A stretch of DNA of 64,000 nt, taken from Antedon mediterranea. Its lineage: Eukaryota; Animalia; Echinodermata. Positions 51,933-64,000 of this stretch are shown here, piece by piece. Both the position numbers and the translations under genes were made by a program. The notes beneath the pieces were generated by a model. The model did no database searches. It was not told the DNA's origin and saw nothing but the letters and a program-made list of their open reading frames with translations. Location: positions 18,795,045 to 18,859,044 of the forward strand of contig NC_092680.1 in assembly GCF_964355755.1 (NCBI RefSeq), written 5' to 3'. Positions within the stretch are counted from its first letter, which is position 1, and the number at the start of each line of letters is the position of its first letter.

Positions 51933-54900
51933 ATGTCAGACAAAACAGCAGTTCAAGATGCGGATGAGGAGGAGGTAGTCAGTTGCACACCAGATGATCA
52001 AGCACTTAACATTGATCAAAGCCAACCTGAACATGAAGCAAAGACTACTAACGAAACCAGTGAGGAACCCAGAGAGGTTGTAATGGAGTCATCGGAAGAA
52101 CCCACTATTGATGTTGATGCAGAAGATACACAGACTATGGATACAAGGTACAAATAAGATACATCAAGGAAATCTTAAAAGAATGCTGATCTCTGGAGAT
52201 AAAAGGGTTTATCTGTGTCTGTGACACAATCAGTTCCACCTCCCTTAACAGACACCCCACGCCACAGAGAATATGAACACGTAGTACAGTACTGTTCGTA
52301 TTTGTTGCAGCCAGACATAAGATTAAAGGACTATTATGAGTTCCTATCTTGTTAAGGCGAGTTCAGTGTATTGTTGTTAGATTGCCTTAGATACATTAAA
52401 CCCTAATATTGTAGTAATCTTTCAGATCGTTGTTGATTTGTTCGTATTTTAAGTCAAAACAGTAACATTTCAGGAAATTTGAGTACAATTTCTAGCTACA
52501 GGAAGAATTAAATTCCCTCTTACAAATGTTTTTTTATCGTTTTAGCTTGTACAAGCCTGATTGGACGAAAGAACCATACACACTAATTAACACAAAATCA
52601 GAATTTCTAACCAAAAAGGAAAACTTCCTAAAAGGTTGTAAATGGTAAGATTATTATTATTTTATGGCTAGGCTATCTTAAATAAATGTTTGTCAAACAA
52701 TTTGAGCAATGTTATTGTTATTATTATTTTAGATTTTGACAATAAAGCCTCTCCAAGGCCGATAAAGATGAACTGGCTTCGTTCATGTTAAACTCTGTCT
52801 ACACTATCAAACAAGTTCGACAAAAAAGTGTGATGTGCCCAAATATGGTAATTAATATAACATCATCATGTTCATGGGCATATCACATTTTGTTGTCACA
52901 TAAAGTTTGATAGTGTAGAGTACTCTTATGTCATGTTTTCTTCTACAGGGCTCCAGATGGCTCTTGTATCCTAACAAACAGTGATGATAACACGCTCCGT
53001 CTCTTCAACCTTCCACCTGAATTATGGGAGGAAAACAGAGATGGTGACTTACCAGAGTGGGAATCTGTCCTAAAGATGCCGGAGGGAGAGTTGATTTACG
53101 ATTACTGCTGGTATCCAACAATGAGCTCAATGGACCCATCTTCAGCTTGGTATTTAAAATTATTCTAAATATGGTATTGATATGACTATCATCATGCATA
53201 TAGGCACATCACATTTGTTTGTCACATAAAGTTTGATAGTGTAGACAGAGCTTTATACAGTATATCATATAACAAATCAATTGTGTGCAAACAAGAGGGT
53301 TATAGTGTTTATTTTGTATTCTGTGAAATATTTATGTACTTGTTTTTACATAGTCTGGGTTCCAGACGGAGTTTTGTCTTAATATTAGTAAAAAGATATA
53401 TATTTTGGCACATATGGCGTTTCATACGTATACTACTTGATTTTGTATTTTCAGACAAAAATCGCGGTCGAAATAAAAAAAAAAAAATAAAAAAAAAAAG
53501 ATAATACAGACTTGGGGAAAGTCTAGTTTTTACATTACAATTTTTTTTTATACGCATTCAACAGCAGGCAACTTGTCTAACCTATTACTTAATATAAAAA
53601 AAGTTTTCAGGGTAATATTGTTTAGACTGAGAGAATGAATAAGTGGTTGATCCACCCAGAAAAATGCTATACTTATGACTTGTATGTTTCTGCTTTAGTT
53701 TGGTGTCAACATCGCGAGACCATCCAATTCATTTATGGGATGCCTTCACTGGTGAGTTACGGTGCACTTACAGACCGTACAACCACTTGGTAAGTTTTAT
53801 ATTATTTTGTGAAAAGAAATTGCTGGTTATTCACATTTGTGACGCAATAGGGTACTGTATTTCAGTACAACAGCTCCTTTGGGACGCTCCTATTCAGAGG
53901 ACACAGCTTTTAAATAAGTAATGCAATATAACTATATCCACTCCTTATTCAGAGGGTTTACTTTTTTAATCCTGAAGGTGTCCCCTTAAAAGAGGTTCTA
54001 TTGTGTTTGGTTTGTGTATGCGTAAGACGGATCGTGGACAGGAAATGAAAATTAATAATGAAAAACAATGTTTTAAATTTTACCTGAAACACTGTTAATA
54101 CATAACTTGGAATGTTCATTTACTCTAGTAATTACTGTTAATACAGTAATGGATATTTTGAATGTAACAGCTCTTTCAAATCTTTTTCTATAAATTTTGG
54201 TTGAAAATATAATGAATATACAGTATATAATTAACCATTCCTTTAGGATGAAGTAACAAGTGCTCTGTCTGTAGCCTTCAGTCCTGATGGTTCAAAACTG
54301 TATGCTGGTTTTAAGAAGATGATTCGTGTGTTTTATACAGATAGGCCTGGTAGAGAATGTGAAGAGAGACCAACACTAGGTAACTAGTCAATTCCCTTTT
54401 CGTTCTTTCATGTTTGTGACAGCCACTGTAACAAATTCATCATAGTACACCCTAACTGTACACTGGGCCCTCTTGGAGAACAGTTATTGACTGAAGAGGC
54501 TACCCAGTATAAAGAATAAAGAATAATATTTTAGTCATATTGACAATACTTAAGTAAATTTAATCACTGTCTGAATAGTGTTGAAATATATTGAAAGATA
54601 CTCTATATAACAACGTAATAATAATATTTTGGAGTGGAGTTTGTTTATATGTTGAAACATCAAAGCACCATTAATCATAGTTAAAAACAATAAAAAAAAA
54701 AACACAATACGTTAAAAAAATATAGTAATATATTCACATCGGCTCATTTCAACTATTTCACCATTTTTTATGCTGACAACCAACAGCTATGATCATGTGA
54801 AATTTCGAAATTTAATTTATTATTAACATTTTATGATATAATAAAAAGTACCTTGGACTCGCATGTTAAATGTCAAAAATGGTATTGAGGTGAACCTAAA

Positions 54901-57002
54901 TTTTATTATTATACTACTGCTATATATAAATGTCTTCTATATTCACATATTTTTTTAAATAAAATAAGAAAAATTTATTCCAGTGAATGGAATTGGACAG
55001 TCTGGAATTATTTCATGTTTTGCGATGGATGAAATTGGTGGACTGTACGCAGCTGGTTCATATTCAAAATCAAGTAGGTGGTTACCTTAACTGGAATCAC
55101 ATCATTAGAACACTATTCCTATGCCTACAGTATTTTCATTAATTCATTGTGGTCAGTGTCTTATAACATAACATTCAGTATCAAAAGTTATCCCTTATAA
55201 TTGATATGCTTTTTAGTATCACCTTTCCAGTGATCACCGCACAAGCAACACCTTGCCTTCTTATTTCCCCTTACCACAACTTGGCAACAAAATAATTGCA
55301 TGCCTTTTTACACTATGACTTGTTTTCATCAGTGCAACTCAAAAGTACTGTACTGAAATAGTAATTATAGATTTACAACAACTAACATTATCAGAATACA
55401 TTAATGGAAAATACTTGCAAAACTTCTATAAATTTAAATTACAGAATGAAACAACTTTTTTTATATTATAGTTGGTGTTTACTGTGAGGAGACTGGGACT
55501 CAATTTTGTGTACTAGAAGGTCACGTTGGTGGAGTTACACAACTTATGTTTTCACCAGATGGAACAAAGCTGTACAGTGGAGCAAGAGTGGTAACATTTT
55601 GTTTCATTATTTAATTGTGTAAAAAATAATAACTTTTAACATCAGTAGACTATGATCACACCCTCGAACACCTTGTGTTGTATATATACCTTAATATACC
55701 TGATCGTGAGATATTTCAGACTGTGCCAAGAATAAACCATTTAAGGAGAAAACATATTGTGGTCAGACCAGCTTAAACTGGTTGACTTGACAGATGCAGG
55801 AAGTGATTATTATTCTTATTATTAATAAGAAATGTTTTTTTTATAGGATCCTGAAATAATTTGTTGGGATGTGCGCAAACCAGGTGTAATTCTGTACAGA
55901 ATGCAACGAGAGGTTACCACTAATCAACGAATGTATTTTGACCTGGATAGGTGTGCAATCATTTCAAAATTATAATAGTTTGTGAAGTGAAGCTAAAACA
56001 GACCCCCTAGTTTATTGAAATACTGTATCAACATTTTATCAACTTTATTATAATAAATCCTACGGAATTCTTAAGCTATTAAATTGAAATAGATAAGCGC
56101 ATCATCAGTGGTGTAACATAGAGACCTAAGGTCCTTCAATGCTTTCCCTCATCAGTGCAACCAACTATGACGCTCTCCCCTTTGCTACAACAGCACTGTT
56201 GCTTACATTATGGTAGATTTCATAAAAAATCTTCAGTATTAATAACAAACATTTGTTTTTTTAAAGCACTGGTCAATATCTTATATCTGGTAATCAGTCT
56301 GGTTATGTGACAGTCTATGATACAATTTCAGCACCTAGTACATATGAAGAACCAATGCTTCAACCTCTCACTACTTTCAAGGCACATGATGATGCAGTAA
56401 ATGGTATCAGGTAAGTTTAAACAAGAAATATTTCTTACAAAAAAACGCCGCTCATCTGGCGATAACTACCGTCTCTAACTACATGCATCTTAATATTTAT
56501 TTGTTTTCATAGACTCTCTTTTCCCAGACATGCTCTGGGGTGTACCACACCAAGTCTGTGTTTCCAAAAACCCATTTTTTTAGCAGTAGTAACTATAAGC
56601 TACTGCATGGTAACTGTTTCCTAATACTTCTGTTCTCTTGAATATAACTGCCTGACGGAGCAGCGCGAAAACCCAACATTTGATTTTAATAAATAAAGTA
56701 GAGCCAACTTGTTTTTTAAAGACTCTACTGTAAAGTATATGAATTATATTTTCGGATGAAAAATGCAGTAAATTGATTTATAATAAAAATACATGCTTTT
56801 GATGCCTGTACAGTACTATACTTATAATACTATACAATGACTTTCACATCTTTTCAGCTACCATCCAACTATGCCTATGCTAGCCACTGCATCAGGTCAA
56901 CGCAAGTTCATAACCCCTATGATTGACAACGATGAACAGGATGAAGACCTTATCACTGATAAAACTTTTGAACATACTCTTCGACTGTGGTCTTTATATT
57001 AA
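51933..57002 (+). CDS. WRAP53: Telomerase Cajal body protein 1 (WD40 protein TCAB1/WDR79), multi-exon
   Basis: Exons 51933-52147, 52546-52644, 52949-53149, 53699-53789, 54247-54379, 54983-55073, 55472-55590, 55847-55950, 56267-56410, 56858-57002. Signature [87 protein letters not shown]. Confidence 0.95.
52791..52920. mobile_element. MITE family A copy in a WRAP53 intron
   Basis: TIRs plus internal core. Confidence 0.8.
53170..53252. mobile_element. MITE family A, partial copy
   Basis: Right TIR plus part of the core. Confidence 0.75.
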
Positions 57003-57470
57003 GAAATGAAAACTGCTTTTGATTTTGTATTTCTCGGTAACCAGAAACCTGGTGATCTTTTGACTTAGGCGGGCTTGATCTGGGTCGGCAATCGATATAT
57101 ATAAACATTCCAAAAAGTTAGGCCGGCCCTGATGCTGGACCACTTCTTGAGGTAGGTTCAGGAGCGGCTTTCATGTTTGGGCCAGCCCAAGCAATTCGAT
57201 GAGCATGCAGTGAACAATGTTCAATGGATTGAAAAATGAATTCAATGAAACATCAGGACTATCACTTGGAATGAGAGTGTACACATGTAGGATCAGATCC
57301 AACAAATGTACTAAGCTGTAGGTAGAAGTTCAAACCTCTTACTTCCAATGGAACTTGGCAGAACACGGTCTGGCAATAACAGCAAATATTGAAATGGAGC
57401 AGATATCTTGCAAAATAGCATGAAATGCCTTGGAATGTAATTTGTTTATGATGGAAAAATATTTAGTTGT

Positions 57471-60400
57471 TCATATTAACGGAGGTACATCAGGATCATC
57501 GACAAAATCGTGACTGTTTGGACGTTCAGTTGCTTGTGTACGTTTACCAGTATATGGTCCAAGTCCATTAGTGGACATTGTCTTAGTTTTAGTGACCAGT
57601 AGATCAATTTTCTTTGCTGCTGTTGGATCAACTTCCAGGTGTTCTATTTCATTTCTAGAATAAAAAAAAGATTGAAAAATGTATTTATATACAATAATGT
57701 TTTCAGTGCGAGGAAATCTGTTGCTTGCCTGCGAAAAATAAAAAATATCATAATAAAGGTGTATACAGAAATGTATGACAAATTCAATATATTAGAGATA
57801 TAATGAAATAAATCAAAACTTACCTTTTCTTTTTTTCAATGTTTTCCTTATTTTTATCTTCGTTTAGTGATAGTTTCAAAGGTTTCCTTGGATAAAGCTG
57901 GCATGAAAACAAACAGACATTATGCAGTTTAAAGGCCAATTTACACAGACGAGTGGTAACAGTCATAAAAATATAGAATCTATGTTATTCCTTATGACCA
58001 TTTACACACAACGCGGAGCGGACAGGCAGTTTCTGCTCAGGATAGATACAGATTCTACATGGGTCAAGCTATCGTTACATCTGTGTAAATTGGCCTTAAG
58101 GTTATTTTAATTGTATATCATTTAATACATGTGTACTGGTTAAGTTGCCCTTGTCCAACATTATCATTTTTTATATGTTACAGTATATTGTACATGAAAT
58201 GAAGCAATTTTTGTATCACTAATAAAAGTATTTGATTTATTTGTTTTATTTATTGTGTTCTTACTTTTGGCATCTCAATGACAAGGTGACCTGTAGTCTG
58301 TGACCTTTTTGCTGTACTTGAATCTGGTTTAACTTCCTCTGATAAAACAACTTGCAATACCTAAAATAAAATTAAAACGAAAACAGTGAAATAATTCATA
58401 ATTCTAAATTGTATTAACATTTATACTGTAACATTAATCAAGGATTAAATATGGTTTTCCACTTGGTGAATTTTTTCGCTTGAATCAAAAGTGTATTCAT
58501 ATTTCTATCTTCCCTATAGTTCCTTGAGCTTTTAGCTTCGTATTTTTCAACCAATCAGAGCTCTGGAAAAGGTCACACATTCATGAACACATTCAAATGA
58601 AACAGGTCAGCAAGCGATGGCCTAGAAATAAAAATTACAGCTATTCGCAGTGGAAAGCAGTATTTTTTTTCTCTGCTAAAACATTGAATTCATGCGACTA
58701 AATTACCCTGGTGGAAAACAGACTTCAGTGTAGGATTGTGGTAAACACTCGAAAGGAGAATAGTTGAGGTATGTCTTGACATTTCGTTATTGTACTACAA
58801 TCATGTTTTGAAAGATTTTACATAACTTTTTAATATAGATAATCCAAATTATGATCAAATATTGGTAGTTTTATTTACCTTCCCTTTAACAGTAACTTTG
58901 ACATAATGTGGTTGAACATCAGCATCCAATAATGAAGTGTCTAAGTATTTATAGCATCCAACATCTAGAACCACACAACTGCCGTCTTCACTATCTCCTA
59001 ATGTAAAATCCAATCTAAAAATAAAACGTCAACTTAATTATTAATTTTTTCTACAGTTCTAAGTATGTTAAAAAGTACTTTGTTTATGCCCTGTGTAGAT
59101 GTGAAACCAGAAAGTAAAATACAGAATATGCAGACCCTAACTAACGTATTACCGGAAGTAAATTATTCACTGTCCTATTCAGATAGGTGGTAATCCCCCT
59201 CACAAGACTTGTTCCACCACCAGAACTAGGAGCGAGTTGGCCTCAAACCTTTGCTGAAAGTCTGGGCTCTTTAGGTACGGTAATTTGGCTCTATGAACAC
59301 TATGTTTTTAAGTTTTTTTTTGTACTGCGGCATATTTAATAAGGAGATATTTATACTTACTTTGCTTCATTTACATTCAATATTCTACCGTCGTCTCCAA
59401 CTAATCGTACCACACGTTTCTTTGGTTCAGGACCATTTCTAAAATGAAAAACAAAAGCATATCATACATTACTTTGATGTGGCACCAGATATCCACGCTT
59501 GCTTTTACCAAACCCAAGAAAAAACAAATTCTGGCCAACCTGTTTCTCGTAATTAGAAGAGCATCACTAACCTCATAAGATATTTAGTTCTGAAATTGTG
59601 TGTATAACAGACAAGGGATCATTGAAAATGTTCTGGATTCTACTATATAATATTGTATTCAATGATGTGGGTAGGTATTTAAGGGGGTGCTCAATCTAAA
59701 CATAGGGTTGGTTCCTAACTACAAGGCCCCAGACTTGTAAGTAGTAGTTCCTGGTTGTCATGTATATAAAAGTCTACAAAAACAAATGACAATTTGATAT
59801 TCTAAAAGCATATGCATGTGCATTAAGTATTTTACAATCTGCAAATTAAATAGTTAACATACATATAGAAATATAAATATTTAACTAACCTTTTAATATC
59901 TTCCTTTTCTCGTTGTTTTTTTACATGCTCATGAACTTCTTTTCTGGACTCTGGAGTAAAGGCTACTTTTTCCTCCCAAAATCTAAATTGTATATAAAGT
60001 ATATTTTTAAAGGAATCTGAATTCATTCATATACAGTATACATATACAGTATATTTATTTATGTAGTGCCTCTTGTGTGTATGTGTTGCCATTTGGACAG
60101 ATTATTAAATTCAGCATTATGTTCACTTACTTGCTATTTTCCTGATCATTCTTATCATTCTCTGTTTTATCTTCCTCTTCCACATCTTGTTCTTTACTAC
60201 ATTACAACCAAAATGAAATAAAATACCATATTGAGAATATGAAATAAATCAGGGGCGTGGACGTTAGAGGGATATACCCAAATCCAGCAAGTTTTAAATT
60301 CATGGTTTGTCAAAAAATTGCGACCAAAACCATTTTATTTCACGAACTAAGTATTTGTTGAAAGAAACATGCATCAATACCTTTGTGCATCTATATCTGT

Positions 60401-63400
60401 ATACCATCTACCATCAAATCCTGGCTTCTTGTTTGATTTCTTTGTCTGTTTTTCAATTTCTTCTCTTTTTTCTCTTTCCTTTTAATAAAAGATACAACAG
60501 TTCCATAAAGACACAGAGCGTAAATATAAAAAACACATTGACCCTGTTAAAAACCAACAAAAGTGCTCAGGTTTTGTCGATTTATTAGAATGTGGATAAA
60601 ACAAAAGCAGTCTTGAGAGTATAGAAATATAGAGTAGCTTTAGTAATTTTAAAATGCTAATGTAAAAGAATAATCTCTCCATCTACTAAAGCTCTGTCTA
60701 CACATCAAGCTTTATGTGACAAAAAATATGATGTGCCCATATATGGACATGATGATGTCATATCACTACCATATTTGGCTACACTTTTTGTCACATAAGA
60801 TAGTGTAGACAGAGCTTGAGAATAGAACAACATGCATTACCCTTTTTTGACAGTATTCTTCTTGTTGCATAAGTATACTAGCTCTGATCACTGGATAATC
60901 CTGGACCGCCTTGATTCTTGCTGATTTCTCAATCTCATTACCATCAAGTCGCTAACAAATTCAAAGATTCAGTTACAATGCATATTATTTCAAAGATATA
61001 TTGTCCCCTAAACAATTTTTGTTGAATATGCCATTTTAATGTCACATAAAACTGGATCAAAAAAATGTTGTTACCTGAAAAAAATGTAATTTAAAGCAAA
61101 AAATACTTAAATTGAAATATGAAATATTGTTTAGGGTTGTGGTGGTGGTAGTTGTGAGTAATAAGTAAAGGTAGCTACTAAAAGAAACAGTCAAATTGTT
61201 TTAAATTTTGAAAGAAACAGCCAATTAAAGTGAGCATCTCTGGTCTTGATTTAACAAATTATTTTACATAATAAATGTATGCAATTAATCTAATTAATGT
61301 TTGGAGTATTAGACCTGATTCCTGATTGGAAATGCTAAGTGATTAGAAAAGTTCATATTCATTTTGATTTGCTGTAACTGTATTTTGTCTTTTATGTGTA
61401 AACTGACTTTGGGGTTGGGTTAACCGGCTCAGCTACAGTGATTCAGTTCACTTAGGTTGACCCTGGTCTCCCCAATTTCAGTTTTTTTTGTTATGTATAT
61501 ACTCAAATAGACCAAATAAATAATGAAATGAAAACCTCTACCTTAAATCATACATAATACATTTATTTTGTAATGTATTCATTAATTTTACACAAATACT
61601 AGCAAATGCAGATGTATTCATGTTAACAATCAAACAATGTGTAAATATTTAATAATTCACCTTCAGTTGTGATAATGTTGCAGTCACGTATTCACGATAA
61701 CCATCAAAATCAACACATGGGTTTCCAGTTAAGAACCTACAGTATGATAAATGAATAATAAATGAATAATATAATATTCTAATAATAAAATTATACAGTG
61801 TAACAAAACTCAATCATTGTTGATATACAGAAAGGGCCATACTTAACTTAATACACAATAATAATAATAGGATCATGCCTATAAACCAAAAGTCAAGTGT
61901 ACACATCTGGCTCATGTGAACCTAGTACATCTTTTAAGACGAGTAGTGGTTTTCCCGGTGTACTAGTATAAACACACGGCCACTGTCACACACAGACACT
62001 TATCATAACTCATCATGAGGGCCCCTTGATTGTCAGCATATGCTTTATAAGGTCACCCTTTATACGCTGTTTAGGGTCACCCTTTATAAATAAGTTAAAT
62101 AAATAAAAAGCATAATCAAATGAATACCTAATACCACAAAAGAAATAGCAAATAAATAATAAAATAAGTAAACATAAACATTACTTACAATTCCTCTAAA
62201 TTATAGTTCTGTTTTAGACAATCTATACTTGTTAACTCCCCTACAAAATTAATGGTCAAATCCAATTTCTTTAACGACTCACAACCTGTTGACATGAAAC
62301 AAATATAACCTCATTGTCGTTAATGAAACCACTTTTAATAATTTAGTTTCTTCATCATTGTACTGTATAGGTTTACATTCTGTTCACTTCTTTGTATTTA
62401 TAAATTAGATCACAGAGTTTAATATCAAAATATAGTACTGTAGTTTGTAAAAAAACTTATAACAATGTATTGTCAGTATTTTTCCTTTATCTAATTACCT
62501 TCAAGATTCTCTATTCTTTCAATGTTATTTAAAGCAAGATTTAGGTATTCCAATTGCTTTAATCGTTTCACATTCTCTAAAATAAAAAAAAAATAAAAAT
62601 ACCAGTGAGTATTACAATACTATACATGTAACAGTAATTAGCAATATAATTAGAGATACAGAAACTTTTGACATATAAAGACATGTTATAGATATTGAGA
62701 ATTGATTAAATAAAATGAATGTGAATCTTTTGGGAGTTTTATCCTTATTTGATCATTTTAAGCTCTGTCTACACTATCTAACTTTATGTGATGTGTCCAT
62801 ATATGGACAAGATGATGTCATATCACTACCTTTTTTGGGAATATAACTACCATATTTGGGCACATGCCACTTTTTTTTATCAAACTAGTTTGATAGTGTA
62901 GACAGAGATTTAGGTGGAATTTTAAATAACGATGATACTAAAAATTAGTAATAATACAAATTTAGGTTGTAATAACCCAGCTGTTGCAAGTCTTGGAACT
63001 AGGATAAAAACATTAAACAAATTATTATTACCTATTTTTGGGATCAGGTTACTTTGTAGGTAAACAATCTTCAGGTTCCTACAAACTTTATCAAGCAATT
63101 CAATCCTAAAAAAAAAATAAAAATACCAAAAAATCAACTAGTAATTTTTCTAAAATAAGATAATATGTCAGGATAAATTGAAGCTCTGTCTACACTATCA
63201 AACTAGTTTGACAAAAATGTGATGTGCCCAAATATGGTAGTCACTAGTGATATGACATCATCATGTCCATATATGGACATTATATACATTTTTTGTCACA
63301 TAAAGTTTGATAGTGTAGACAGGGCTTTAAGACGGAAATGTATATCATAAGAAAGGAAGGAGAAAGCTTCATTGGAAGAAATTTAATATTAATTATTAAT

Positions 63401-63968
63401 TGTCCTTAAACACTAGGAAATAAGGAAATTCTGATAGGCCTTTTACGGACCTACCTATGGCAGCAGCAGAGTAGTGCCTACAGATGCCCATCACTTACTC
63501 TTATAAATTTGAAATGTTATGCACCCTGTCTTACTTTTCAATGTCTTGTTGATGTAGGGAGATTTCTTCCAAAGTAGACAACTCCATATTATTGTGCTCT
63601 GCACGACGCCTCAACAGATCTTCAGTGACTATCATCCAAAAGACAAATAACAATTAATTCAGGTATACAATTTCATTACTTATTATAACATTGTCATCAT
63701 TCTTCAACCTTCACGTTGAGAGTATAGTAAATGGTATATTATATTGTTACAAAATTGATATGTATAAAAAATATAGCATTACAATATCACATTGCAAGAC
63801 CGTAGCCACCAGTATAGTTGGTAAGGTTTCAACCTAACCACTTTTTCACAGAGGTCTTTGAAAACCCTGTGGTTGCACAGGGAGGGGATTGTTGTCCTGC
63901 ATTATAATGGACTGGGAAGAGTTTATATTATAGTAGCTATGTAGATATGTTCACTTACTTTGTACCAT
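57471..63968 (-). CDS. DNAAF11: Dynein axonemal assembly factor 11 (LRRC6 / tilB homolog), multi-exon
   Basis: Exons 63959-63968, 63535-63628, 63032-63105, 62499-62576, 62189-62285, 61661-61736, 60841-60951, 60381-60478, 60131-60196, 59890-59982, 59361-59438, 58879-59014, 58265-58360, 57824-57897, 57471-57654. [34 protein letters not shown], LRRs ([42 protein letters not shown]), [26 protein letters not shown]-like [25 protein letters not shown]-terminal [12 protein letters not shown]. Confidence 0.95.
57934..58095. mobile_element. MITE family C copy
   Basis: GGCCAATTTACACAGA...TCTGTGTAAATTGGCC. Confidence 0.8.
60690..60815. mobile_element. MITE family A copy
   Basis: Both TIRs present. Confidence 0.82.
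61885..62110 (+). mobile_element. SINE family B body/3' end
   Basis: GAACCTAGTACATCTTT...CCCGGTGTACTAGTATA...GGGCCCCTTGATTGTCAGCATATGCT...AGGGTCACC, shared with 44530-44712. Confidence 0.7.
62761..62909. mobile_element. MITE family A copy
   Basis: Both TIRs present, TTA TSD. Confidence 0.85.
63182..63326. mobile_element. MITE family A copy
   Basis: Both TIRs present. Confidence 0.85.
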
Positions 63969-64000
63969 AATGAACAATAACTAGTAGTCAGTCTCTGTAA

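Noticed and set aside
57030-57440. Telomerase RNA or scaRNA near WRAP53
   Set aside because: No CTAACCCTAA-type template and no convincing H/ACA or CAB-box architecture seen by eye; a covariance-model search would be needed.

Overview
AT-rich, intron-containing eukaryotic DNA, most likely from an invertebrate animal (GT-AG introns, tRNA-derived SINEs, many PIF/Harbinger-type MITEs). Exons were traced by hand, checking splice phase. Left to right: first coding exon of an unidentified minus-strand gene (weakly AMBRA1-like) that continues off the left edge; AGBL5/CCP5 cytosolic carboxypeptidase (minus, ~15857-35072); a 3-exon 68-aa His-rich microprotein gene absent from the ORF track (minus, 37445-39579); RBBP8/CtIP (minus, 43946-50324) head-to-head with WRAP53/TCAB1 (plus, 51933-57002); and DNAAF11/LRRC6 (minus, 57471-63968), tail-to-tail with WRAP53. 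Most unusual: (1) the predicted last ~25 codons plus stop of AGBL5 are amplified into ~28.5 in-frame 90-bp units with several recurrent synonymous variants; (2) a MITE in an upstream AGBL5 intron carries an antisense copy of a downstream AGBL5 exon; (3) the His-rich microprotein; (4) T-Q in place of T-P at the CtIP T847-equivalent CDK site; (5) a Penelope-type minimal hammerhead ribozyme. All calls come from reading the sequence; no database searches were run.
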